In this document: positions 11,484 to 20,590 of the stretch, piece after piece
How positions within the stretch are numbered: the first letter of the stretch is position 1
Layout: every line of letters begins with the position of its first letter
Assembly: GCA_019654055.1 (NCBI GenBank)
Contig: BPDA01000001.1
Coordinates: 17,938-81,937 of the forward strand
Source: Methanobacteriota archaeon
GTDB lineage: Archaea; Thermoplasmatota; Poseidoniia; Poseidoniales; Thalassarchaeaceae
Direction: 5' to 3'
DNA: 64,000 bases
The notes under the pieces: model-generated
Told to the model about the DNA's origin: nothing
The model's input: the letters and a program-made list of their open reading frames with translations, nothing else
Databases searched by the model: none
Position numbers and translations under genes: made by a program

Positions 11484-11964
11484 CCTCCAAGAATCATCCC
11501 AACAAATTGTCGTATCTATTGATGGGATGAGCGTCGCTTTCTCGCAACTCGCTAGCCAGAAATTCGACTGTGATCGGATTCGAGCATGTGTCCAATATTT
11601 CGAGGAACTTGATGTTGACATCAAAATCGCACTATTTATGCCCGCGTACATCGAGAATGAGGATTTCAGAAAGGAGATGAAATCTCGTAGTAATCTCGAT
11701 CTACATTTGGTAACGGGAATGAGGCCAAAATCTCCTCGAGATGACAAGTATACTCTAGGGGAGACCGTGCTTTCAGACGGTTTCTTCGTGTCAAACGACA
11801 AAAGAATGCATGAACATAGTAAAAATAAACTGGTAGACAGAGCTTGGATCTCAAGCAGGAGGATTGGGTTCCGTTTCGGGAAAGGCCCAGTCTTCATCCC
11901 AGGATTTCCGGAGCAATGGCACAAGGTGTGCGCAGAACTCCGATCTCCAAGGGATGGCAATTAG
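11473..11964 (+). CDS. NYN/PIN-domain ribonuclease, Zc3h12a (Regnase-1)-like
   Basis: VVSIDGMSVA...FDCDRIRACVQYF...ALFMP...RDDKYTL...DGFFVSND matches the VIDGSNVA/FS-GI-AV-YF/YDD-FI/G-IVSND pattern; AGGAGG RBS before the TTG. Confidence 0.7.
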   Translation: MTINLQESSQQIVVSIDGMSVAFSQLASQKFDCDRIRACVQYFEELDVDIKIALFMPAYIENEDFRKEMKSRSNLDLHLVTGMRPKSPRDDKYTLGETVLSDGFFVSNDKRMHEHSKNKLVDRAWISSRRIGFRFGKGPVFIPGFPEQWHKVCAELRSPRDGN

Positions 11965-11987
11965 GAGGTGATAGAATAGCCAAGAAA

Positions 11988-12104
11988 ATGAATAGAAGTG
12001 CAGCTGCACGAATTCAGCGTGCTGGAGCTAAGCGAGGCAGCGCTGGAAAGAAAAGCTTCTCCGCCAGAGCGCAGAGAGCGGCAGCGAAGAACTCCAGAAA
12101 GTGA
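11988..12104 (+). CDS. Small basic Ala/Arg/Lys-rich protein (AARIQ...SFxARAQRAAAKN type)
   Basis: GGAGGTGA RBS at 11964-11971; MNRSAAARIQRAGAKRGSAGKKSFSARAQRAAAKNSRK; an in-frame ATA at 11976 is better spaced from the RBS. Confidence 0.65.
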   Translation: MNRSAAARIQRAGAKRGSAGKKSFSARAQRAAAKNSRK

Positions 12105-12137
12105 GTACGTGGCGCCCTAGGTATGGCGTAAAACTGC

Positions 12138-13698
12138 CTAAATTAGGGTTTCAAAATCAGGCCTTTCCATCTCTGCCATGATGGACGCCACGCGTGGCCC
12201 GTGGCTCTTTCCAAGGATGATCCAATACAGTGCGACATAGGCTTCACCCCCGTAAATTTCCCGGGCTTCGGTTGCAACCAATCTGATACAATCACCAATT
12301 GCCTTGGCAGTCCACTCACAGTCACTGATGGCACTGCTCAATGAAGAAAGAAACGCATTTTGCTCATCGGTCAGGTTGGTGCGTACTTCTTCACTAACAC
12401 TCGATTGCACCTCAACCTTGGCCGCATCCGGGAAGTGCGGGCCATCGACCCAGTTCCGCATCCTGCGCAACCTACCAGCAAGAGGTGCCCCGGGATCCCC
12501 CTCTAGGTGCCCCGACCTGCGCAGGGAGCCCACACGTCATCATCGCTCGACTTAATCTGCGCGAGCTTTGGCGAGATGCCGGAAGGAAACCCGCAATAAA
12601 ATTCAGAGGGTTTTGACCCCCCTTGACCTGACTGAGCCGAGTGCCCCAATTGGGTGTCCCGACCCACCTGCGGGCGCCGAAAACCCCTTCTTCCGACCCC
12701 CGGGGAGGCCCCGCCCCAAACCGCTCGTACTCGTCAGCGGTCGTGAACAGGGCGGGCCCCCGTATCGAAGTCGATGTGGCGCCCCACCTTGCTCCTGCGA
12801 TGACGTAACGCATAATCTCAGGGGGAACTAGGGCTAGGGCGTCCATAGGCCCCACAGTCAACCCCTTCGAGCTCGACATCGGCCCCATTCCCTTAGCTGG
12901 ATCCACTCGTAGACCATCTTGTGAGGCGGCTCGCTGCCCAGCATCTCGCAGTTTGGTATCCCGGTGTCGTAGCTGCCCCCGGCGGCACCGTGGCCCTTTT
13001 CCCCCGGGCTCGCAGGTGATGCCGTGGATGCCCCACTTGGCGGCCCAGTCGATTCTCCAGGGAATTTTCCCTGGCAGTCCTGATGCCCAAATTCCCTCGA
13101 GCCTTGCTGTCGACCCAGTGCACGTGCGGATGCTCGTATCCGGTTACGCTGACCCCGTCGATCTGCCGTCGGAGCCGAGGGGGTTGTACGGAAACCAGTC
13201 TTCGGGCCCCTTCCCTCCGGAGACCTCCTCGATGACTCGACGAATTTCGTCCCTCTGCTCAATCGCCGAGTGGGTCTTATCGGCGAAGGCACCGCTCTCG
13301 TAGGTCTCGTGGTTCATCACGACCTCTGGCTCGACCCCTATCTGCTTGAGCGCTGCTAGAAAGGGAGCGAGGAAGTGGTCAGCGTAGCTTCCGCCATCCT
13401 GACCCGGCTCCCCGTCCGGCCCTGGTGCCGGGATGTATGCCAGTGGGTGGCCGATGTACTGCTCGTAGGAGGGCGAGAGGAAGTCGTAGACCCTGCGCAG
13501 GGGGTCCATCGAGTCGACGATGAAGATGTAGCGCGAACCCCTTCCCGCGTCTAGGCAGGCGCGGTGAATCATCTCGGCAGTCAGTATCTCGCGCAGGTGG
13601 CCGACGTGGAACTCGCCAGAGGGAGTTATTCCCGAGGCGATGACCTGTGATTCGCCACGCACCCTCAGAGTCTGCGCGGTGTGGTCCGCCCAGTGCAT
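12138..13698 (-). CDS. lysS: Class I lysyl-tRNA synthetase; multiple frameshifts
   Basis: MHWAD, ASGITPSGEFHVGHLREI, DSMDPLR, KGHGAAGGSYDTG, VYEW, PMSSSKG, C-terminal YWIILGKSHGPR across four ORF pieces. Confidence 0.92.
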
Positions 13699-13707
13699 TC
13701 TACTCCC

Positions 13708-14287
13708 TCAGACTGAAACTACTCTGACCAGTCCACGGAGGGGCACGCCCTCGAGCTCGTTGTTGTTCGACTTGTTGGCGAGCACCATACAGAGTTTGAC
13801 GTCAGCTCCCGCTGACCTGAGGTTCCTGATGGTCTTGCTCATAGTGGTTCCAGAGGACAATACGTCGTCGACCACGACCACGCTCTTGCCGGCCACGCCA
13901 GCGAAGACCTCGGAGAGGTGGCCGCCCTCTCCTCGCTAATGCTCCTGCTGATTGATAGATCGAGGTCCATCTGCCCCGCTATGGCCTGAGCGAAGGCGAT
14001 TCCGTTGAGGCTGATGCCCACTATCGCATCCACCTCATCACCAATCTCCTCCTCGATGATGTCACGAAGATGTAGGAGGCGGCCTCTATCCTTCCGGCCT
14101 TGACCGCGATTGATCTCCAGCCTACCTGGATGTCCGAGGGGCGGTCCTCGGTGGCGACCCCGCTCGAGGACAGCCACTGGATGGTAGTCTGGGACAGCGA
14201 GAGCTCGTCGGCTATCTGCTGGGTGTTCAGACCCTTGTTGCGAAAAGTCTCGACCTTGCCTCGCAACTCCTCTATACTGAGTGGCAT
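13708..14287 (-). CDS. PyrE-like HTH-phosphoribosyltransferase protein (GfcR-type regulator); frameshifted
   Basis: N-terminal GLNTQQIADELSLSQTTIQWL...DIQVGWRSI, middle VDAIVGISLNGI, PRT motif VVVVDDVLSSGTTM. Confidence 0.85.
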
Positions 14288-14359
14288 CAAACCGCCCCAC
14301 CGCTGGCTATCTATGAACTCACCGGGGATGGAATGTGGGTAAAACCCGTCTTTGGGGCG

Positions 14360-14808
14360 CTAGAAGCGCCCGGTGCTGCCAAAACCGCCCTCTCCACGCT
14401 CGGTCTCCCCTAGCTCCTCGAAGTCGACTTCGCGGAAACTGAGGTCGGGTATCGGCGAGATCAGCATCTGGGCTATCCTCTCGCCGGCCTTGACCGTGTA
14501 CGAGTCCCCCTCACCTATCCAGGTCATCAGCACGAACAGCTCACCTCGATAGTCCGCGTCGATGGTGCCGATGCTGTGCGGCAGGATGAGGCCCTTGGAG
14601 CCCAGCGAAGAGCGCGCCCTCACCTGTCCCTCGTAGCCCACAGGGATTGCCACATGGAGCCCCGTACGCAGCTTGACACTCTGGCGGAACGGCACTGACG
14701 TGTCCTCGAGCGCGTACAGGTCCCAGCCCGCGGCGTGCTCGCTTCCCCTAGTCGGCACCTCGCATCGGGGTGGGTCCGTGCCACCATGACCTCGAGCCCC
14801 CCGTCCAT
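14360..14808 (-). CDS. dut: Trimeric dUTPase; frameshift near 14765
   Basis: AAGWDLYA, RSSLG, GTIDADYRGEL, GERIAQM, ERGEGGFGSTG. Confidence 0.93.
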
Positions 14809-14898
14809 GGGTCCCGTTCTCCGCCCCGGTCTTTGACCGTTCGCAAGCCGCTGATGACGCCCGGTGGGGTGAAAAGGGGGCCATGATTCGGCAGGCCG

Positions 14899-15311
14899 AT
14901 GGCCGACTACGAGTACGATGCCCTGCTCGACCGTGCGCGCGAGCGCATACCCAAGGACATCAGCGAACGCTCGCGCTGGACCATGCCCGAGCCGGACATC
15001 CTCATCGAGGGTAGCCAGACCATCCTGAGGAACTTCGCCGACGTGGTCAATGCGATGGACCGCGACGCCAACCACGTCTACCAGTTCCTGCTCAACGAGC
15101 TAGGTACCTCAGGCACCCGTGAGCAGGTCCGTGTGATGTTCAAGGGACGCGTTCCCCCTGCCAGGATTAAGGAGAAACTAGTCGCCTACGTCAAGGCATT
15201 CATTCTGTGCGACCAGTGCCGCGCACCCGACACCCGCTTCATCAAGGAGGGCAGGACCAGCCTGCTGAAGTGCCAGGCCTGCGGAGCAACCCTAGGCCAG
15301 TCAGGCTCTGA
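14899..15311 (+). CDS. eif2b: Translation initiation factor 2 beta subunit; true stop at ~15311 after a 1-nt shift
   Basis: YEYDALLDRA, TILRNF, FLLNELGTSG, CDQCRAPDT...KCQACGA Zn ribbon; shifted frame gives RPVRL*. Confidence 0.92.
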
Positions 15312-15426
15312 GTCTGCGGACTGCTTTGGCCCCATTGCCGAATGCCGGAGGAATCGACCTCTCGGAAGACATCGAGTTCGTTGCAATGGCGACGTCCTCG
15401 CGATGATGGTTCCCGGTGGGATGTAG

Positions 15427-16445
15427 TCAGGAGAAGTCGAGCAGGATCTTCCCGCGATTCTTGCGGTCGTGCATGTGCCTCTGGGCCTCGGCGACCTCTC
15501 GAAGCGCCATACTGAGTCGATGACCGGGTCTACCTGGCCTTTGAGGAGCATGCCCGAGAGGGCTTCGAGATGCCCCTTGAACACAGACTCGTCATCCAGC
15601 AGCCCCATGTGGACCCCGAAGACTGCCTTGTTCGAACGCATCATCTTCAACGGGTCGAACTTGGGCGTCGATGCCCACATCCTGAGGGCCGTCACCATGG
15701 AGCGCCTGTCTCCCTTGACGGCTGCTGAGGCTCCGAAGCAGTAGAGCCTGCCACCGCGTCGGAGTGCCTTGTAGGAGCGCATCAAGTGGTTGCCTCCGAC
15801 AGGATCTATGGCGTGGTGAACTCCCTTTCCACCAGTCATTGACTTGCATACCGTGACGAAGTCCTCGGACTTGCTGTCGACGAAGTGCATCCCTAGCGAC
15901 TCGACGAATTCTCTCTTTGGGGTCGATGCGGTGCCAATGACTGTGGAGGCTCCGTACGCTTTGCAGATCTGGGCAACGGCAGTACCCACGCCTCCGGCAG
16001 CGTGGTGGACGAGTACGGTCTCCCCTTCTGACAGGTTGCCCAGATGCACAAGCATGTGGTAGGCAGTACCGTAGGTCACCGGGATGGCTGCAGCTTGGTC
16101 GAACGAGATTGAGTCTGGTATCCGAATCACCCGCCCGGCGTCTAGGGCAATCTGCTCGGAGTAGCCTCCGAAACCGGTCATCGCCAGCACCCTGTCCCCC
16201 GAATCCAGGCCCTCGACATCGTTTCCGACCTCGATTACCTCACCGGGCCCTGCTTCGTAACCGGGTGTGAAGGGGTAGTCAGGGTTCGATCCGTACAGTC
16301 CCTGGCGCATCATCAGGTCTGCGAAGTTGATTCCAGCTCGGTGTATGCGAACGGTGACCTGACCGGGCCCGGGCACCGGGTCATCGACCTCGACTATGCG
16401 TATCGAGTCGACCCCGCCGACCTTAGGGTACACCACCTTGCGCAA
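15427..16445 (-). CDS. VAT-1-like NADPH quinone oxidoreductase (MDR family); frameshift near 15495
   Basis: AGINFADLMMRQGLY, FTPGYE, VLVHHAAGGVGTA; shifted frame ends ...RGKILLDFS*. Confidence 0.85.
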
Positions 16446-16760
16446 TCAATCACCCATCAGGTACTCGCTGGCGACATCCCCGCCCGCAAGGTGCTGCAGT
16501 ATCCGCCCCATCCCCTCGTCGTCTTCTGGCAGGGTGTACCATGTCCCCTCGGGGTAGACTACGCATGACGGCCCGCTCTCGCAGTTGTCAAGGCAGCCCG
16601 CCTTGTTGACGCGCACGTCCTTCAGCCCCTCGGCTTTCGCGGCTCGCTTCAGGCGAGTAAGGATCTCGAGTGAGTTCTTGGCAGCGCAGCACCCGCGCGG
16701 ACTCTCTGGGGACCTCTCGTTAGTACATACGAAAACGTGCATCCTGAACTGGTGCGTCAT
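16446..16760 (-). CDS. Thioredoxin-like [2Fe-2S] ferredoxin
   Basis: HVFVCTNER...GCC...RVNKAGCLDNCESGPSCVVYPEGTWY. Confidence 0.9.
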   Translation of the reverse strand: MTHQFRMHVFVCTNERSPESPRGCCAAKNSLEILTRLKRAAKAEGLKDVRVNKAGCLDNCESGPSCVVYPEGTWYTLPEDDEGMGRILQHLAGGDVASEYLMGD

Positions 16761-16768
16761 CCCCTCAC

Positions 16769-17095
16769 CTATATCTCATCGAACTTGGCTGCGAGTACGA
16801 AGTCAGACTCGGTAAGACCGTCAATCTTGTGTGTCCAGATCTTCGCCATCACTCGGCCCCAGCCCAGCTCGAAGTCGGCATGGTGGCCCTGCTCCTCGCA
16901 GATGGCAGCGGCAGAGTTGGTGAACTCTAGGGCCGAGACGAAGTCTGGGAACGACCACACCCTCTCGAGGTGGTGACCGTCCACGACGTTCCACTCTTCG
17001 TGCACCTGAGGAATCAGGGTGGCGCACTCGCCCTCGCTCAAGGGAGGCACTCCTCCTTCGCAGGGCACGCATGTCCTCGATGATAGGTCGGCCAT
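16769..17095 (-). CDS. phhB: Pterin-4a-carbinolamine dehydratase
   Basis: CVPCEGGVPPL, FPDFVSAL, EQGHHAD, WTHKIDGLTESDFVLAAK. Confidence 0.93.
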   Translation of the reverse strand: MADLSSRTCVPCEGGVPPLSEGECATLIPQVHEEWNVVDGHHLERVWSFPDFVSALEFTNSAAAICEEQGHHADFELGWGRVMAKIWTHKIDGLTESDFVLAAKFDEI

Positions 17096-17098
17096 GGC

Positions 17099-17557
17099 TC
17101 AGCCCCACAGGTGGCTGTCGTCACTGCCGTCGGCACTGCGCTCGGCTTCCTCGTGCATGCTGGAGCGTCGACGCATGTCCTCCTTCTCGAAGGTCATGAG
17201 CTCCCTATCCTCGATGTAGGGGTGACGCAGGTGAGTGACCAGACGGACCTCGACAATCACATCCCTAGCGATGGAGCGGAACTCGCCGTTCTCGTCGAGC
17301 ACCTCCACCGCGCTCCTCGAGGTCCCAATCAGCATCCCCCTTACCCAGGGGTCAGTATCCGAGGGAAGCGCCCTAGCATCGAGCAACACCTCGATGATGT
17401 CGTCCTTCCTGAGCCCTGACTTGCGCTCCAGTAGGGGCCCGTGGAAAACATCGTTCAGGTCATTCAGGTCAGGCGAGCCGTACTCCTCGTATATCCTCCT
17501 AGCCCAGCCGGGCAGGTCATCGATTCTCTTGCCTCTACGCTTCGCAGTCATGGCCAT
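17099..17557 (-). CDS. Hypothetical protein, possibly with a small beta-barrel (Sm/SH3-like) core
   Basis: Coding-like ORF tightly upstream of phhB; start taken at MAMTAK. Confidence 0.65.
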   Translation of the reverse strand: MAMTAKRRGKRIDDLPGWARRIYEEYGSPDLNDLNDVFHGPLLERKSGLRKDDIIEVLLDARALPSDTDPWVRGMLIGTSRSAVEVLDENGEFRSIARDVIVEVRLVTHLRHPYIEDRELMTFEKEDMRRRSSMHEEAERSADGSDDSHLWG

Positions 17558-17664
17558 GCGTGAGAGTGGTGATAGAAAAGGAGTCGGATGCCCCAAATCG
17601 GGCCTATGGCCCGAACTGGTGGCTTGAAGTGGGATGGTAGGGGCGCAAGGTCGGAGGGGAGCCC

Positions 17665-18696
17665 ATGGCATCGGTGGACTGGCGTCATATACCCACGGTT
17701 CTGTATCCGCAGGAGATCCTCGATAAGGCGTTCAGAAGGGCCAGCAAGCAGTCCGATCTCGTCGAGGACCCTGACAAGTACCACAGGGTGCGCAAGCAGA
17801 TGAACAGGATGGTGCAGGCAGCAGCCGATGTCATCGACACCACGCTGCTGAAGTGGGTCGCTAGGTGGCCGAGCCTGAACGCGCTTTCCGAGTTCGACCA
17901 AGCCTTGGTCGATGCGGCCGTTGGAAACGACGAGTACCGCAAGACCCTCGGTACGATCCAGTGGGGAGCAGAGCAGGTCCGCAAGATAGCGGGGGAGACT
18001 CAGAGGAAGATACTCCGGTTGCGCAGAATCGAGGGGTTCCACGATGCACGTCGCCATGCCTACGGCAGGTTCTCCTCTATACTGGACCAGATCTCGCCGC
18101 AGATACTGTGGCTCGGAGAGGCCCGTGATGTACTTCGCGAGCTACCTTCGCTCGACCCGGCCGAGCCCTGCATCGTAGTGGCAGGGGCTCCCAATGTGGG
18201 CAAGTCGGCTCTGATTACCGCGCTCTCGAGCGGAGAGCCCGAGGTCGCGTCATACCCGTTCACCACCAAACAACTCCACCTAGGGCACTTCGTGCATCGC
18301 AGGAGGCCCTATCAGATGGTAGACACACCGGGACTACTCGATAGGCCAATGTCGGAGCGCAACCGTATCGAGATGCAGGCAATCGCCGCCCTAGAGCACA
18401 TCGGTGACGCGCTGCTGTTCCTAGTTGATGCGACGGAGGGAAGCACATCTCCGCTAGACGAGCAGGAGCATCTGCTATCCGAGGTCAAGCAGCTGATGTC
18501 GGAGCGTCCGATGATAGTCATTCACAGCAAGAGCGACATCCTCGAAAGTCCTCCCGAAGGGGCGGAGACGTTAATCAGTGCACAGACAGGACATGGTCTG
18601 GAGGACCTCCGCGCGAGACTCATTGAGACGATTGCGGCTGACGTGGTGGTCGACCCTCTAAGCTTGCCTGAGAACTGGCACAGGAACGAGGAGTAG
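17665..18696 (+). CDS. NOG1-family GTPase
   Basis: LDKAFRRA N-domain, GAPNVGKS, SYPFTTK, DTPGLLDRPMSERNRIE, SKSD. Confidence 0.92.
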   Translation: MASVDWRHIPTVLYPQEILDKAFRRASKQSDLVEDPDKYHRVRKQMNRMVQAAADVIDTTLLKWVARWPSLNALSEFDQALVDAAVGNDEYRKTLGTIQWGAEQVRKIAGETQRKILRLRRIEGFHDARRHAYGRFSSILDQISPQILWLGEARDVLRELPSLDPAEPCIVVAGAPNVGKSALITALSSGEPEVASYPFTTKQLHLGHFVHRRRPYQMVDTPGLLDRPMSERNRIEMQAIAALEHIGDALLFLVDATEGSTSPLDEQEHLLSEVKQLMSERPMIVIHSKSDILESPPEGAETLISAQTGHGLEDLRARLIETIAADVVVDPLSLPENWHRNEE

Positions 18697-18816
18697 TCAC
18701 TCGACCTTCCAGTGGTGACCGCATACCGTGCAGTAGAGCTTGTAGCCACCGAAAGAGAGCGGTAGTCCAGAGACGTCCACAGCCGTCCCGCAGAGTTCGC
18801 AGTTGCGGACTCGCAT
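18697..18816 (-). CDS. 39-aa zinc-ribbon microprotein (not in ORF track)
   Basis: MRVRNCELCGTAVDVSGLPLSFGGYKLYCTVCGHHWKVE*; two CxxC pairs; GGGGTG RBS; stop abuts the NOG1 stop. Confidence 0.75.
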   Translation of the reverse strand: MRVRNCELCGTAVDVSGLPLSFGGYKLYCTVCGHHWKVE

Positions 18817-18861
18817 GGCTACTGCACCCCGCCTCGGTTTTTCAACAAGACTGATTTCCGG

Positions 18862-19452
18862 TCAGGCTTCCCTAAAGCGCTTCCAGAATCTCATCAGTCT
18901 CTCGTGCACGAACATCTCGCCGGATCCCGCTAACAGCAGGATCGCCACGAACGCCAGCAGTATCTCGACCACCGGGTTCAACGCTATCTCAGGAGTTATG
19001 GTGACCAGCTGCTTGCCGCCTACGCCCGAGGTGTCGGTGCTCGCCGTAGCGAATCTGTACTCACCGGGTCTGAGCTCGAACACCATCGAACCGTCACTCC
19101 CGTCGTCACCGCCGGCGATGAAGTCGAAGTCGTCTGCAGTGCAGGTAGTCAGCCCGTTAGAGTCGGGCTCGCAGCCGCTGGGAGGGGGGCTGGCTATGAC
19201 CCCTATCCAACTGCTGTCGGACTGGTTCCACTCAATCGTGAGCTCGATGTCCAGCAGCACGAAGGCGGTAGGAGATACGAGGTCCTCACTGGTCATCCCG
19301 ACCGGACATCCCGCCGCATCGTCGGTGCACGGGACTAGTGGGATGTCGGTCCGGCTGGCATCGAGCGTCGGCCCGTAGAGGCTGACCACAACCAGCAGGG
19401 CGCAGATTATCCCCATCACCGCTGGCAGCACTGACAAGATTCGAATCATCAT
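18862..19452 (-). CDS. Hypothetical protein with two TM segments flanking an acidic extracellular domain
   Basis: 196 aa with N- and C-terminal hydrophobic helices and four Cys in the loop. Confidence 0.65.
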   Translation of the reverse strand: MMIRILSVLPAVMGIICALLVVVSLYGPTLDASRTDIPLVPCTDDAAGCPVGMTSEDLVSPTAFVLLDIELTIEWNQSDSSWIGVIASPPPSGCEPDSNGLTTCTADDFDFIAGGDDGSDGSMVFELRPGEYRFATASTDTSGVGGKQLVTITPEIALNPVVEILLAFVAILLLAGSGEMFVHERLMRFWKRFREA

Positions 19453-19480
19453 CGCTGTGCCGACCTCCTGCCCCCTTGAT

Positions 19481-19798
19481 TCAACCTGACGCCCCCATGG
19501 CCTGTAGCAGGACCAGAAGTATCGCTATGGCAGGGAATAGGTAGAGCATTACTGTCAGCCTCTTCCTCGAGCCCTCCCTCTTCCTCTGCTTCTCGGCGCA
19601 CTCCTCGTCGGAGCAGACCGGGGGGTCGGCGTCGAGCGGGATTGGGGCCCAGCACACCGAGCAGTGCCGATGCTCCCCGACAGCGAACTCACGTCGGGCA
19701 CGCTCCCTCCTCTGGGTGTCTCGCTGCCTCTTCGCAGCCTCGCGGACCTCGCCTGCGGTCCTCTGAGCCGCCTTCCGAATCTTGTCTGCCCTACTCAT
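19481..19798 (-). CDS. DUF2116-like Zn-ribbon membrane protein
   Basis: EHRHCSVCWAPIP...VCSDEEC followed by a TM helix; start overlaps the pyrH stop. Confidence 0.8.
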   Translation of the reverse strand: MSRADKIRKAAQRTAGEVREAAKRQRDTQRRERARREFAVGEHRHCSVCWAPIPLDADPPVCSDEECAEKQRKREGSRKRLTVMLYLFPAIAILLVLLQAMGASG

Positions 19799-20494
19799 TC
19801 GACCACCGTGCCTCCGAAGTCCCCGCCCTCCATGGCCACTCGGATTGCCTCCGGGTCCCTGCCATCGAGTATGCACAGTGGCATGCCGGCGATAGCCGCA
19901 GCGCTCGCACCCATGGGGTCGACGACCTGAGAAGGGCCGGCTTGAGAATGCTCGGCCGGGCCGACGATGGATTGTAGCTGCGAGTGAGTGAGTCGATCGT
20001 GGGCCACCGCATCGGGATCGGTCCTAGGGTCGGAGTCGTGTACCTTGGAGACATTGGTCGCAATGACGCAGCGTTCGGCAGCGACCGCGACAGCGAGCCT
20101 GATGGCGACCGCGTCGGTGGTGTGACCGGGGCGAGTCCCCCCCATGACGACGACTTGACGGTCCTCGAGTAGAGAGGCCGCCTCGTTGACACTTCGGGGG
20201 ATGGTGCCTGAGACCGGGATGCCGGCATCGGCAAGACTCTCCCTGACTATGGCTGCGTTGAGGCGGGTCGCTGCGATTCCTATCCTATCGAGTCTGTCCT
20301 CCGAGTCCACGATGGGCCTAGCGAGGGCTATCCCCTCGCGCGCGGCGGCTCCGCCGCCGACCCCCAAAGCCGAGCCTGTCGTCCATTGTCACACGGTCCC
20401 TGACGACCTCGATTAGTCCCTCGAGCCAGCTGTGCCTGTGCTCGACCTCGGGCCTGAGCAGGCTGCCTCCGAGTGCCACTATCACCGTCGCCAT
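19795..20494 (-). CDS. pyrH: Uridylate kinase; frameshift near 20368
   Basis: MATVIVALGGSLL, VGGGAAAR, MGGTRPGHTTDAVA, IATNV...DSDPR, VVDP. Confidence 0.92.
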
Positions 20495-20590
20495 CGAAGG
20501 ATGGGCGTACATGCCCCCTTTCAATGCCTGCGGCGTCGGCGCGGTGAAGGGTTGAAATGCCGCCCCTCGGGCCTCCGACAGAGGTACAGC

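Larger units (their letters stand above)
10364..12137. other. AT-rich accessory islet between convergent carB and lysS
   Basis: Visible drop in GC and shift to A/T-ending codons relative to the flanks; no integrase or transposase seen. Confidence 0.7.
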
